DNA of 64,000 nt from an uncultured delta proteobacterium (GCA_963755715.1 CAVWLW010000003.1:64001-128000); one strand, 5' to 3'; shown: positions 1-12,064, numbered from the stretch's first letter. Translations and numbers: made by a program. Notes: a model not told the origin generated them from the sequence alone.

Positions 1-1242
1 GTCATGACCCAGGTAGTTTTGCGCGGGCCGCGCGGCAATACGACAACGCCGCTTTGCGAAACCGTGTAGCGCTCTCGATCCTCGTCGGCATCGTAGCCGA
101 TTTGTGTTCCCGATGGGATGACGTTGGCTTTGTCGATGATCGCGTGACGAATCTTACAACCGCGGCCGATCTCGACCCAGTCCATGATCACCGAATCTTC
201 GATCTGGCTGTAGCTGTGAATTCTGACGTTTCTGCCGACCACGCAGTTGTGCACATAGCTGCCGCTGATGATCGTGCCCTCGGCGACGATCGAGTTGACC
301 GCCATGCCTTGGCGATCTTTCCAATCGAAGACAAATTTCGCCGGCGGATCGGCGTAGCCGACCGTACGCAGCGGCCAACTGCGGTTATATAAATTAAATG
401 ACGGGTCGATGGAGCACAAATCCATGCTCGCTTCGTAGTAGGCATCGATCGTTCCCAGATCGCGCCAGTAGCTCGGCTCTTCTCCTTTGGACGGGATCGG
501 CACGCGGTTTTTGCGGAAGTCGTAGGCGAAGATTTTGCTGCTCTGGATCAGCCCCGGCAGGATATCGCGGGCGAAATCGTGAGTGCTGGCGGGCTTCTCG
601 GCGTCGGCATTGAGCGAAGCGATCAAGACTTCATTGTTGAAAAGGTAATTGCCCATCGACACGAGCGCATAATTCGGCTCTCCCGGGATCGACTTGGGAT
701 TTTTCGGCTTCTCGTCAAAGCCAGTGATGCGCCAATCGGCATCGACTTTGATAACGCCGAACTGCGAAGCCTCTTCGATCCTGACCGGCAGCGCGGCGAC
801 GGTGACGTCGGCGGATTTTTTTTGATGCTCGTCGATCATCTGCCGGACGTTCATGCGATAGATGTGATCGGCCCCGAAAACCGCGACCAACCTAGGATTG
901 TGGCGCTCGAGCAGATATAAATTCTGATAGACGCAATCGGCGGTGCCTTGGTACCAGTCTTCGCCCGAGCGCATCTGCGCGGGTACCGGCGTAACGAAAT
1001 GGTCGCCGAGAAAATCAGTCGTGCGCCAGCCTCGGTCGAGATGCTCGAGCAGCGACTGGGCTTTAAACTGGGTCACCACGTAAATCGACAGAATGCCCGA
1101 GTTGATGAAGTTGGACAGCACGAAATCGATGATCCGATAGCGGCCGCCGAAAGGCACAGCGGGCTTCGCCCGATGCTGGGTCAAGGGATAAAGGCGTTCG
1201 CCTCTTGCCGCCCGCCATGATTACGCCGAGCACGTACATCAT
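1..1242 (-). CDS. glgC: glucose-1-phosphate adenylyltransferase (3' end runs off the window; one indel near 1203)
   Basis: Hand translation gives MMYVLGVIMAGGK/GERLYPLTQHRAKPAVPFGGRYRIIDFVLSNFINSG, WYQGTADCVYQN, GADHIYRMN and a beta-helix C-terminus (IGRGCKIRHAIIDK). AAGAGG RBS upstream. Not in the ORF track because no stop lies inside the window. Confidence 0.95.
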
Positions 1243-1265
1243 AGACCTCTTATTGGAGTTCTCCC

Positions 1266-2706
1266 TTAATTGACAAGTTGCCGGTACAAATCGACGTAAC
1301 CCTTCGCCGAACGGTCCCAGGAAAAATCCATCGCCATGGCGCGACGCCGAAGCGCGCGTCCAGGCTTTCTTATTGTGAAACACCCCCAAGCTTTGATCCA
1401 CGGCGTCGAGCAAAGCAGGCGCCGTGTAGGGCTCGAAAACAAAGCCCGTGCCGGTTTCGGCGCGGGCATCGTAGTGCTGCACGGTATCTTTCAAGCCGCC
1501 AACGGCGCGCACGATCGGAATGGTACCATATTTAAGGCTAAACATCTGGTTGAGGCCGCAGGGCTCGTAGAGCGACGGCATCAGGAAAAGATCCGCGCCC
1601 GCCTCGATCTGGTGCGCGAGGGGCTCGTCGAAACCGATGCGCGCCGCCACCTGCTCCGGATAGCGCGCCGCGGCGGCGCGAAAAAAATCCTCGTAGCGCG
1701 GCGCGCCGGTGCCGAGCACGACGAACTGAACCTGGCGCTCCATCAGCGCGGCGAAAATATTTTCAATCAGATCGAATCCTTTTTGCGGCGTGAGGCGCGA
1801 GATCATGGCCAAGAGCGGCGTATCGCTCTTATCGGCAAGGCCGAGCGCGCGCCTGAGCTTTTTTTTGCAGGAGCTTTTCAATTCGAGACTGTTCTCGCCA
1901 TAGTGGTCCGCCAGGTAGGGATCTGTCCAGGGATTCCATTGATGGTAATCGACGCCGTTGAGAATGCCGACGAGATCGGCGGCGCGCTGGCGCAGCACGC
2001 CTTCGAGGCCAAAACCCTGCTCGGCGCTCATAATTTCCCTTGCGTAAGAAGGGCTCACGGTGCTGAGCTTATCGGCAAAAACAAGCGCGCCTTTGAGAAA
2101 ATTGATATTGCCGTAAAATTCCAAAAACTGCGGCGTAAAAAAGCTCGCATCGAGATCCAACAGACGCCAATCGGGTGGCCCGAAGATTCCTTGAAAGCCG
2201 AGATTGTGAACCGTAAAAACCGTTTTTGCCGCGGCCAATTCAGGGTAGCGAGCCGGTTGAGCTTTCAGAAAGACGATCGCCAAGGCGGTTTGCCAATCGT
2301 GCCCATGCACGATATCCACGCGCTCGCGGCGCAGCAGCTCCAGAGCGGCGCGGCTGAAAAAGCTAAACCGCTCGGAATTGTCCGGATAATCGCCGCTCGG
2401 CGGGCCGTAAAGAAACTCGCGATCGAAGTAGGCATCGGCACGGATCAAGTAAACCGTCGCACGATTGCCGATCGAGCCCTCGAGCACCGTTGCTTCCTGC
2501 CGGCGGTCGGCAAGCGCGACGGAGAGTTTGTCGGGCATCTCGCGCAAAACGAAACCGCCCTGAAGGGCAGAACGATAGGCCGGCGCGATGACGCAGACTT
2601 CGTGACCGAGCCGTGCCAATGCGACCGAAAGCGTGCCGAGCACGTCCGCCAAGCCGCCGGTCTTGGCGAAGGGCGTGACTTCGGAAGCAATCATCGCGAT
2701 CTTCAT
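1266..2706 (-). CDS. glgA: glycogen synthase (frameshift near 1355)
   Basis: KTGGLADV, HGHDWQT, PSLYEPCGLNQM motifs; the C-terminus RRAMAMDFSWDRSAKGY lies in another frame (ORF 1266..1469). Confidence 0.95.
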
Positions 2707-2757
2707 CTCGGTTCGTTGAACCTATTCAATGCAGTTGTTTGGCGCGAGTTTGCCGAG

Positions 2758-4672
2758 TTATTTTTTGTCGGTCAAAAACAATACTGATAATGGCGGCAGG
2801 GTGAGCGGCAATGAAAATGGGCGGCCGTGTTGCGGCCACGGATCGGCGTCCACGCCGCCGCGATTGCCCATGCCGCTGCCGCCGTACTCCGTCGCGTCGC
2901 TGTTCAAGGCTTCGCGCCAAAAGCCGCCGTGCGGCGCGCCGATCCGATACTCTTGCCGCGGCACGGGCGTGAAATTACAGACCATAAGCACTAAATTCGC
3001 AGTGGATTTCCCCTTGCGGATTAAACTCACCACGCTGCTTTCAGCGTCGCCGCAATCGATCCATTCAAAGCCGGCCGGCTCGCAGTCGAGTTCGTGCAGC
3101 GCGGGCTCGCTGCGGTAAAGGCGATTGAGGTCCCGAATCCATTGCTGCACACCGCTGTGAAGCGGGTAATCCACCAGATCCCAATCCAGACTCCCGTCGT
3201 GGCTCCACTCGCGCCACTGGCCGAACTCACCGCCCATAAACAGGAGCTTCTTCGCCGGTTGCGCATACATGTAGCCGTACAGAGCGCGCAGATTGGCAAA
3301 CTTCTGCCAATCATCGCCGGACATCTTTCCCAAGAGGGAGCCCTTGCCGTAGACGACCTCGTCGTGGGAGAGCGGTAGGACAAAGTTTTCATGAAAAGCG
3401 TAGAGCATTCGAAACGTGAGCTTGTCTTGATGGTAGCGGCGATGCACGGGTTCCTTGCGCATGTATTGCAGCGTGTCGTGCATCCAACCCATGTCCCATT
3501 TAAGACCGAAGCCGAGGCCGCCGACGTAGGTCGGCCGCGACACCATCGGCCAGTCGGTGGATTCCTCCGCGATAGTTTGCGTGTCGGGAAAATGCTCGTA
3601 GACGGCGGCATTAAGCCGGCGCAGAAAATCGATGGCGTCGATATTTTCGCGACCGCCATATTTGTTAGGAACCCATTCGCCGTCCTTGCGCGCGTAGTCG
3701 AGATAGAGCATCGACGCCACGCGCATCCACGCGCAGACCGTCGGCGTGATAACGGTCGAGCCAAAACAGCGCGTTGCTGATGAGGAAACTCCGAACTTCG
3801 TTGCGTCCGTAGTTGAAAATAAAACTGTTCCATTCCGGATGGTAGCCTTGACGCGAATCGGCGTGCTCGTATAAATGGGTGCCATCAAAAAAAGCCGGGC
3901 CGTGTTCGTCGCTGGGAAAATGCGAAGGCACCCAATCGAGGATGACGCCGATGCCGCGCTGATGCAGGTAATCGATCAAGTACATGAGGTCTTGCGGCGT
4001 GCCGAAGTTTCCCGACGGCGCAAAAAACCCGGTAATTTGATAGCCCCACGAGCCAAAAAAAGGATGATCCATCACCGGCATGAATTCCACGTGGGTGTAA
4101 TCCAGCTTTTGCAGATAATCGGCGAGCTGGGGCGCCAATTCGCGGTAGGATAGCGAACGGTTGCCTTCCTGCTCGATGCGCCGCCACGAGCCCAGGTGCA
4201 TTTCATAAATCGCCATCGGTTTGTCGAGGCGATTGCGCTGGTGGCGGCCGGCCATCCATTCGCGATCACCCCACGTGTAATCGAGATCCCAAACGATGGA
4301 AGCGGTTTTCGGCGGCACTTCGTTGAATATCGACAGCGGGTCAGCTTTATCGACTCGGTAACCGTTGAACCGCGAGACGATGCGATATTTGTAAAGAGCC
4401 CCCTTGCCCATGTCGGGAAAAAACCCTTCCCATATGCCGGATTGGCCCTTGGGCATAAGCGCGTGGCTATCCCGATGCCACTGATTGAAATCACCCATGA
4501 CGAAAACCTGCTCGGCATCAGGCGCCCAAACGGCGAAATAGGTGCCGGTGTTTTCTCCGGCAATGAGGTGAGCGCCGAGCTTCTCGTAAAGGCGAAAGTG
4601 GCTGCCTTGATTAAAAAGATAGAGATCGTCCTCGTTCAGCAGACTGATGATCGGTGGTTGTGACATTATCAT
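2758..4672 (-). CDS. glgB: 1,4-alpha-glucan branching enzyme (frameshift near 3720)
   Basis: [64 protein letters not shown] across two ORFs. Confidence 0.95.
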
Positions 4673-4676
4673 TATT

Positions 4677-6799
4677 TTATCTTATCGGCGCCACGAATGT
4701 CGCCGATGTGTCTTCAATACTTCCACGACAGACCCCATCTCGCAGCATCGTTTCGAGCGGGAGGTGGGCTTTGCGCTGCCAATTGGGCCGCTCTTGCCAC
4801 GTACCGGGAGTATTTTGCGGCAACGGTTCGAGCCAAAGGTCTTCCAAGTTGATCAGTAAGAACTCTTCATCATTCTGAGCGAGAAACGTCAACCATGCGG
4901 CGAGCACGGCGCCAGGGTCGGCGCTATTGTCAGTCAGCGAACCGCGCGAGCGGAGAAATTTAGTCAGCGCTTCTCGCTGCGCTGCGCGGTATTGCTGCTC
5001 CTGTTGCGCTTGCGCTTCTGCGAGCAAGCCCAGCTCGACTCGATCTTGGATGTCGGCACCGGTCCAAAAACCCATGAACGTCGCCGTGTCGTGGGTATTG
5101 AGACTTGCGACGGTATTCGCCGGGACCTTGTCGAGCGCCGGCTCGGCAGCCGCGTTCACGCCGAAGATTCCCACGTGCATGCCGAGAATTTTATGACGTT
5201 CCATCGCTTCGTCGACGTAGAACGGCACCGTGCCGAGATTTTCGCCGACGATTTGCACGTGCGTGGCGGTGTGATTCCAGACACAAGATCGCATAGTACT
5301 CTTGTGCTTGATTGTGAACATACAAGCCCTCGGCGGCGCTGAAGCCGTCCGGTACCCAGAAGGCGCGGTGTAAGCCCATGATGTGATCGATGCGCAGCAT
5401 GCCCGGCCAAAGCCATATGATGGCGAATGCAATCGATGTAGTAGCGATATCCTTGGCGCTCGGATGGCGTCGGGATGAAGCGGCGGAAAGCCCCAGTCTT
5501 GGCCTTTCACGAATAAGCCGTCGGGCGGAGCGCCGCCGTTGGCGCTCAAGGCGAATAGATTCCGCTCGCGCCAGACATCGTAACCGTCGCGATTCACGCC
5601 GAGAGGAAAGTCGAGATAAAGCGTCGCGCCGGTCTTCTTTCGCCTCATCGCGCAACCAGCGCGTTTGTTCGTCGCATTGCCACTGGACGTAAAGATGGTA
5701 CTGATAAGCGCCCTCGTCATAGTCATCGGCGGTTAGTGTGCCGGCGCAGGCGGCGGACGGCCAATAGAACCAGACTTTTGCGTTCGCGCTCGACTTTGGC
5801 GCGAAAGGCGGCGTAGTCCCGCGCCATGGGATGAGTTGTCACGTACTTTTTAAAGCTCGTCCGGCGCTTGGAGTTTTTTTTCAGAAGAAATTTTAACAGC
5901 TCCTCGATCGCCTGACGTTTGAGAGCCATGCACTTTCGGTAGTCAACCACCAATTGCGCGCGGGCATCGTTTAAGTCGCTTTGAAACCCGGCGGAGTTGG
6001 CGATGGCTTGCGCCGCCGGACACTGGGCGAACTCCGGGATCCTCGTCACGTCGAGATAAAACTCATTCCAAAAGAGCCTGCTCACAGGGGCGTAGGGACT
6101 CGGATTGAACGGCTCGTCCAAGAAGCTCGCGAGCATCGGCAGGGTGGCGACGGCTTGCCCCTTCAACTCGCCGACAAAGCCAGCAAATGTCGCGAGATCG
6201 GTGTAATCGCCGGCACCCCAGCTCCGCGCCGAGTTGAGAGCATAGAGCGGACAGAAAACGCCCCATGCCTTAGCGTCGTTGGTGTTCACCGAGGCGTATG
6301 CTTGAGGCGGCGCCGAAATTACATACGATTCCAAATGAAGATCACCGAGCCGAAGCTTTAACCGGTGATAACCGAGGGGAATTTGCGCTTGAATAACAAG
6401 GCTTCGAACCAGGTAGCCCACTCCTTCGACCTCGCGGGCACAGACGCGCCCGCCCGGCTCATCGCTGCACTCGCCCGCTTGCAGCTCGCCGGTTTCGAGA
6501 ACGACTTGGTATTTTCCTTTTGTCTCGGCGAGCCGCTGCGGCAGGCGCACTTTGAAACTTAGCGGCTTGCCTTGCCAGGCAACGAGCACCGGTTCGATGG
6601 CGCGTTGCCAGAGGTTCTGACGCCGTTCGCGCAGGGCGCTTGGAAGATCGTCGCTCGACTTGACCGGCGCGTCGAGGGATTTAAGCACGGCAATAATCGC
6701 CTCTGGGGGCGCGGTGCGCACTTGACCGAAGCCGTCACGGTAGACGGTCTGGAGGTTGTAGAGTCGCGCGAAATTCTTCAGCAGGTCGGGAGTCACCAT
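4677..6799 (-). CDS. malQ: 4-alpha-glucanotransferase (amylomaltase, GH77; several indels)
   Basis: SWGAGDYTDL, PSPYAPVSRLFWNE, LYLDFPLGV, GAPPD..GQDWGFPP, LRIDHIMGL, VGENLG, NTHDT, NW motifs spread over ORFs 5723..6799, 5191..5655 and 4677..5726. Confidence 0.92.
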
Positions 6800-6945
6800 G
6801 AAAAATAGCTTAGCAAAGCATCGCGCGGATTACTCGGCGGCCGGACGATGAACGATCCAAAAAAAGTTTGCGTGTCACTTTGGCTCGCAGCGTGATCGCC
6901 ACGACAGGGTTATTGAAATCGTCGGATGACCGTTAGCAGTTGGCT

Positions 6946-6973
6946 AAAAAAACCGCCGGAACCTGAACGGCAA
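6946..6973 (-). terminator. probable intrinsic terminator after selD
   Basis: Minus strand TTGCCG-TTCAGGTTC-CGGCGG followed by T7, about 10 nt after the selD stop. Confidence 0.55.
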
Positions 6974-6983
6974 TAGAAACGGA

Positions 6984-8040
6984 TTACACTAAACGCACCC
7001 AGGCTTTTTGCAACGAGGTGGCGTAACCGACTTCGGTTGCATGGGTGACGCCGGCCGCATGCAGATCCTCAACCAACTTGGCGGCGTGTCGCTTGGCGAC
7101 GGCGAGAAGCAGGCCGCCGGACGTCTGGGGATCGAGAGCGATCTCGACGAGCCCTTCACGGATCGATTTGTCGATGGTCATTTTATCGCTGAGATATTCT
7201 CTATTCCGTTTGCAGCCGCCGGTGATGTAGCCTTTCTCAGCCAAACGCGGCGCGCCGCGCAGGAGCGGCATTTTTGCCGATTCGATCACTAGAGTGACGC
7301 CGCTGCCGCTGGCCATCCCGAGGGCGTGGCCGAGTATGCCAAAGCCGGTGACATCGGAGCAGGCGTGCACCGAGTGTTTGCGCGCGACCATCGATGCCGC
7401 GGCATTCAGCGTCGTCATCGACTTCACCGCTTCGTTCACGCTCTCATCCGAAGCTTTGCCTTTCTTGAGCGCTGTGGTAATGATGCCGGTGCCGAGCGCT
7501 TTGGTCAGAATCAGCACATCGCCTTCCTGGACGCCGACGTTGCGAAAAATTTTGTCGGGATGGATCACGCCCGTGACCGCCATGCCGAATTTAATTTCTT
7601 CATCGATAATGCTGTGGCCGCCGATGACAACCGCGCCGCTTTCTTTGACCTTTGTCCGCGCCGCCCTTGAGGATCTCACCCAGGATCTCGATATCCATTT
7701 TGCCCTTGGGGAAGCAGACGATGTTCATGCAGGTTACGGGATCGCCGCCCATGGCGTAAACATCGCTTAGCGAGTTCGCCGCCGAGATCTGCCCGAAGAT
7801 ATAGGGGTCATCGACGATCGGCGTGAAAAAATCGACCGTGTTGACGATCGCAAGGTCGGGGCGCAGTCGATACACCCCCGCGTCGTCGCCGGTTTCGGTG
7901 CCGACGAGCATGTCGGAATTTTTGAACTTGGGCAGCTCGTGCAAGACTTGCGCGAGGTCGGCGGGGCCGAGCTTTGCTGCTCAGCCGGCGGCTTTGACCT
8001 CTTGCGTCAGGCGCACAGCTTTTCTCTTTTTTAGGATCAT
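6984..8040 (-). CDS. selD: selenide, water dikinase (selenophosphate synthetase), selenoprotein form; UGA at 7981-7983; one indel near 7655
   Basis: From ATG 8040: [35 protein letters not shown]..., then [56 protein letters not shown]. Directly downstream of selB. Confidence 0.95.
7936..7956 (-). promoter_or_regulatory. candidate bacterial SECIS hairpin of selD
   Basis: mRNA CUCG-C-GCAA-GUC-UUGC-A-CGAG; the apical loop starts with GU and begins 33 nt 3' of the UGA. Confidence 0.55.
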
Positions 8041-8074
8041 GATGCGATTACTTTAGTGCGATCAATGGTCAAAT

Positions 8075-10009
8075 TCAACGTGGCGAGAGAGGCTTTTCAC
8101 TCGTCGGCGCAGATTTCAATCGGCGGATGTCGCCGATGCGAATCGTCAGTCCGTCACGATCGAAGTATTCCAGGAGCGGGATCGTGTACTTGCGGCTGGA
8201 GCCGATCAGATCGCGGAACGATGCCGCGGTCATTTCGCCTTTCGTAGTTAAATATTCTTTTAATCTTTGCCTAAGCGTTGCGATGCTGCTCGCCAGAAAA
8301 TACATGTCAGTGGTGACGCGGACGATCGAGCCGTCTCGTTCCAGCAGGCGGATCACTTCATTCAAACGCGGGCGCGGCACGCCGGCCTGCTTTTCGATCT
8401 CTTTCAGATCCGGAGGCGCCAGCGGCTGTTCGCCGAGGAGTTTTTTGATTTTGTCCATCAGCGTCTTTTCTTGGCCGCCGAGCTGGACGCGGTGACTGGC
8501 AAGGCGCAGCAGGTTGTCTTCCTTGGCGATCAATTTTTCTTCGATCATGGTGTCGACGAGCAGGCGGAAAATCTTCGGGGACAATTCATAAACCAGCTTG
8601 CCGCGCAATTCTTCCATGTCCATCCCGGGCAGGAGCGGATGACCGGCGTGAAAATCCTTTAATGACTGGACGATTTGTTCGTTGATGCGCCGCCACTTTT
8701 GTTCGGTGGTGTAAACTTTTTCGCCTTCCGCATTCAAGACTCGCAGCGGTTTCATCGTGTCGATGACATCGCGCATCTGTTCTTCCCTGATGTTGAGAAA
8801 TTGATGAATCGCGTCGATCGGCGCCGCGAACAATTCGCTGGCGTCGATAAAGGCTTGAGTGAGCGCCCCTACGTCGCCGCGGTGCAACGCTTCCAACCGG
8901 TTACTCAGCTCGCGATCACTCCGTTTGTGGCGTTTCGCCCAGGGATTGATCACCAGCCCGCCCGCCAAAGTTCGCCGCGCAGTCTCGTCTCGCACGATGA
9001 AATGGTCGCCGCGCAAGACCAGCAGCGGCTCGTTGAGCATGACTTGGCAATAGGCCGATTGTTTGGGCTCGATTTTTTCCGCGTTGCCGAGAACGACAAT
9101 TTTGCCGAGCCGTTCCGCGGTGCCGAGATGAATGCGCACTCGCTGATGATTTTTGATGCCCTTGGCCGCTGCCGGCCGGACTTCCAGAAATGCATCGAAA
9201 CGATCCGAAGTCAGCGTCAGCTTCTCGTGACAGATCACCTGACCGCGCTCGATCGAGGCGCGCTCGGGACCGGTGAGATTGATCGCCACCCGTTGTCCCC
9301 AGACCGCCGTGTCGACGGGTTTGCCGTGAACTTGCAGGCTGCGCACGCGAAAAAGATAATCGCCCGGCAGGCAGCGCACTTGCTCGCCGACTTTGACTTC
9401 GCCGCTGAGCGCTGTGCCGGTAACGACGACGCCATGCCCTTGCATTACGAAGGCGCGGTCGACGGGCAGGCGGAAGTAACCGTTCGGCGCTGCTTTGGCG
9501 TGGCTTTTTAAAAGTTCGGCGATGCGGTCTTTGAGCTCGGAAATTCCTTGGCCGGTGACCGACGAAACGGTGATCTTCGGAGAATTCTCCAGCGTCGTGC
9601 CGAGAGTCAAGATATCGATCTCTTCCTCGATGTCGGCGATCCGCGCAGGCGAAACTAAATCCGCTTTGGTAATCACAAAAAGCGCAAGCTTGATGCCGAG
9701 CAGGTGGACAATGTCCAAATGCTCTTCGGTCTGCGGCATAACGCCGTCGTCGGCGGCGACGGTAAACAGCACGAGATCGATGCCGTGCGCGCCGGCGAGC
9801 ATGTTCTTGATAAAGCGCTCGTGGCCGGGCACGTCGACGATGCCCGCCGAAGTACCGTCGGGCAGATCGAGATGGGCGAAACCGAGATCGATGGAGATGC
9901 CGCGCTCTTTTTCTTCCTTGAGCCGGTCGGTGTCGGTGCCGGTGAGCGCCTTGATCAGGCTAGTTTTACCGTGATCGATGTGGCCGGCAGTGCCGATGAT
10001 GTAAGGCAT
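8075..10009 (-). CDS. selB: selenocysteine-specific elongation factor
   Basis: [33 protein letters not shown], and C-terminal winged-helix motif [13 protein letters not shown]; 644 aa. Confidence 0.97.
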   Translation of the reverse strand: MPYIIGTAGHIDHGKTSLIKALTGTDTDRLKEEKERGISIDLGFAHLDLPDGTSAGIVDVPGHERFIKNMLAGAHGIDLVLFTVAADDGVMPQTEEHLDIVHLLGIKLALFVITKADLVSPARIADIEEEIDILTLGTTLENSPKITVSSVTGQGISELKDRIAELLKSHAKAAPNGYFRLPVDRAFVMQGHGVVVTGTALSGEVKVGEQVRCLPGDYLFRVRSLQVHGKPVDTAVWGQRVAINLTGPERASIERGQVICHEKLTLTSDRFDAFLEVRPAAAKGIKNHQRVRIHLGTAERLGKIVVLGNAEKIEPKQSAYCQVMLNEPLLVLRGDHFIVRDETARRTLAGGLVINPWAKRHKRSDRELSNRLEALHRGDVGALTQAFIDASELFAAPIDAIHQFLNIREEQMRDVIDTMKPLRVLNAEGEKVYTTEQKWRRINEQIVQSLKDFHAGHPLLPGMDMEELRGKLVYELSPKIFRLLVDTMIEEKLIAKEDNLLRLASHRVQLGGQEKTLMDKIKKLLGEQPLAPPDLKEIEKQAGVPRPRLNEVIRLLERDGSIVRVTTDMYFLASSIATLRQRLKEYLTTKGEMTAASFRDLIGSSRKYTIPLLEYFDRDGLTIRIGDIRRLKSAPTSEKPLSPR

Positions 10010-10015
10010 GATGAG

Positions 10016-10043
10016 AATTAAAAATTCAAAATTAAAAATTCAA
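10016..10043. repeat. heptamer tandem array (AATTAAA/AATTCAA) x4 filling the selA-selB spacer
   Basis: aattaaa aattcaa aattaaa aattcaa read directly. Confidence 0.8.
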
Positions 10044-10046
10044 AAA

Positions 10047-11435
10047 TCATTCGCCGGCAAACTTTGGGACGAGGTCGTTGGCATCGAAGATACATCTCAG
10101 GTCGAGGAGAAATCGGTCGTCATTTATCCGGCCGATGATCGGGGGATCGGCGGCGCGGAACTTTTGCGCGATGGCGTTGGCACTGAACTTTGGGTGCGCG
10201 ATGCTGACGACGACTGTCGGCAGCTCTTCGGTGGGCAGGGCGCCGCTACCGATCTGTGCCGTTGAGTCTTCGAGCTGGATCTGGAATTCAACGCCGAGCG
10301 CCGCTTGAAGGTTGGGTAATAACTGTTCGCCGGTCGCGCGAATTTCTTCGACAGATCGGGTAAAAGCTCGAAGCGTGGGAATTTCTTCGACGATGTTCGG
10401 CGACTGGCGGTAGCGGCGCAAGGTTGCTTCGAGGGCGGCCAATGTCAGCTTGCCGCAGCGCAGGGCGCGCTGCAGATGATTTTTGTTCATCCTGCCGATC
10501 AAATCTTTTTTGCCGACCATCAGGCCCGCCTGTGGGCCGCCGAGAATTTTATCGCCGCTAAACGTCACGACGCTCGCGCCGGCTTGAATTCTTTCCGCGA
10601 CGATCGGTTCCTTGGGCAAGCCGTACCGGCTTAAATCGATAAGAGCGCCGCTGCCGAGATCTTCCATCACCGGCAGGTTGTGCTTTTTGCCGATGGCGAC
10701 GAGCTCTTCCAGTGTCACTTCGGCGGTGAAGCCGACCACTTTATAATTGCTCGTGTGAACTTTAAGCAGCAGCGCGGTTTTTTCGTTGATGGCATTTTCG
10801 TAATCAACCGGGTGGGTGCGATTGGTCGCGCCCACTTCACGCAGCACGGCGCCGCTTTTGGCCATGATCTCGGGAATGCGAAAGGCGCCGCCGATCTCGA
10901 TCAGCTCGCCGCGCGAGACGATCACTTCTTTGCCTTCGGCCAAAGTGTTCAAACCGAGCAATACCGCGGCGGCATTATTATTGACCACCGTCGCGGCTTC
11001 AGCGCCGGTAAGCTCGGTCAATAGCTTTTCGAGCGTTTCCTCGCGCTTGCCGCGTTTGCCGGCGGCGAGGTCGTATTCCAGATTGATCGGATGATCGGCG
11101 ACCTCGACCATGGCGTCGATCGCCGCGCGCGGTAGCAAGGCGCGGCCCAAGTTCGTGTGTAAGATGGTGCCGGTGGCATTGACAACTCGGATATGCCCCG
11201 GTTGGCCGTCAATAAAAATCGCGCTTTCGATCCGTTCGACGATCGCATCTTCACTCAGTTCGACTGAGCGACCGCTCCGCCTGATCTCAGCGCGAAGCTG
11301 TTCGAGAACAGCGCGGCTTTGTTCCGTGACATATTCCCGATTGTAACGCGCCAGCAATGCTTCGCAGCGCGCATGTTTGAGCAGACGATCGATGGATGGA
11401 AGCTCGCGCAAAAGAGTGGCGGTCTGATCGGCCAT
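10047..11435 (-). CDS. selA: L-seryl-tRNA(Sec) selenium transferase
   Basis: LPSIDRLL, VVNATGTILHTNLGRA, VNNNAAA, SRGELIEIGGAFRIP, EDLGSG, FSGDKILGGPQAG (PLP lysine). Start set at ATG 11435 (MADQ), not the ORF-track 11546. Confidence 0.97.
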   Translation of the reverse strand: MADQTATLLRELPSIDRLLKHARCEALLARYNREYVTEQSRAVLEQLRAEIRRSGRSVELSEDAIVERIESAIFIDGQPGHIRVVNATGTILHTNLGRALLPRAAIDAMVEVADHPINLEYDLAAGKRGKREETLEKLLTELTGAEAATVVNNNAAAVLLGLNTLAEGKEVIVSRGELIEIGGAFRIPEIMAKSGAVLREVGATNRTHPVDYENAINEKTALLLKVHTSNYKVVGFTAEVTLEELVAIGKKHNLPVMEDLGSGALIDLSRYGLPKEPIVAERIQAGASVVTFSGDKILGGPQAGLMVGKKDLIGRMNKNHLQRALRCGKLTLAALEATLRRYRQSPNIVEEIPTLRAFTRSVEEIRATGEQLLPNLQAALGVEFQIQLEDSTAQIGSGALPTEELPTVVVSIAHPKFSANAIAQKFRAADPPIIGRINDDRFLLDLRCIFDANDLVPKFAGE

Positions 11436-11522
11436 GGGGAAAATCAGATTTACACAGGGAAGAAGCAAATTCAACATGACTTTTGAGTGGAGAATCGGTG
11501 CGCCGTTGTCGTTTGCGCATGT

Positions 11523-11551
11523 TTGACAAGCGCCATCGGCTTCCATAGAGT
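11523..11551 (+). promoter_or_regulatory. sigma70-type promoter for the 121-aa ORF
   Basis: TTGACA (11523-28), 17-nt spacer, TAGAGT (11546-51), 36 nt before ATG 11588. Confidence 0.55.
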
Positions 11552-11587
11552 TCTGCGCGAGACAGGCGCTGGCTCAAGCGAACCGAG

Positions 11588-11953
11588 ATGGATCATCCCG
11601 CCGAAACAAAAACTGTTTCTCAACGTAAAGATCCTCGCACAACGGTCATCGAATTATTGCGCAGCCGCAACAAACAAGCGCGCTTCATGACCGAATTGCA
11701 GGCTTCGCTGGCGCGTTATGGGATCGGCACGGAAGAAGCCGACCGCGCTTTAGCGGAGTTGGAGTCCGAACGAGTCGTGATGATCCGCGACAATTTCTGC
11801 GCTGATCCTCATCTGGCCGGCGTCAACCTGCGCGTCGTCGCGCTGGTGGAGAGCGTCGATGGCGGCGATCCGCAGATGAGCGCGATTCGCCTGATCGACG
11901 AAGCCTGGAACAAGTGGCTGAGTGAGTATCTGGCCAATCATCGGTGCGGATGA
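11588..11953 (+). CDS. hypothetical protein, 121 aa, with C-A-D-P-H and C-terminal H-R-C-G motifs
   Basis: Intact ORF with amphipathic helical content and a good upstream promoter; no family recognised. Confidence 0.75.
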   Translation: MDHPAETKTVSQRKDPRTTVIELLRSRNKQARFMTELQASLARYGIGTEEADRALAELESERVVMIRDNFCADPHLAGVNLRVVALVESVDGGDPQMSAIRLIDEAWNKWLSEYLANHRCG

Positions 11954-12064
11954 AGCAGATTGGAGCGATGGAGATAGTGAAATGATGGAGTGTTCGGATG
12001 TCTGCCTCAATACTCCAGTGAACTCCAAGATCTCGCAATCTGAGATTCTGACTGGAGCGAAGAC

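Noticed and set aside
1063-1265. GlgA C-terminal extension containing the GlgC start
   Set aside because: Caused by the glgA indel; the true glgA stop is at 1266 and glgC starts at 1242.
1336-2787. Long antisense ORFs (483 aa here; also 8675..9511, 24763..25773, 31759..32799, 37895..38977, 40676..41854, 59443..60540)
   Set aside because: Shadow frames opposite well-supported genes in GC-rich DNA; no motifs.
4677-11435. Functional link between glycogen genes and the Sec operon
   Set aside because: A terminator-like hairpin and a 184-bp gap separate them and no shared biochemistry is known; adjacency is probably incidental.
11436-11587. tRNA-Sec (selC) expected beside selA
   Set aside because: No cloverleaf with a UCA anticodon here. 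The TTCAAATCC-like matches near 16500 and 45905 lack anticodon stems.
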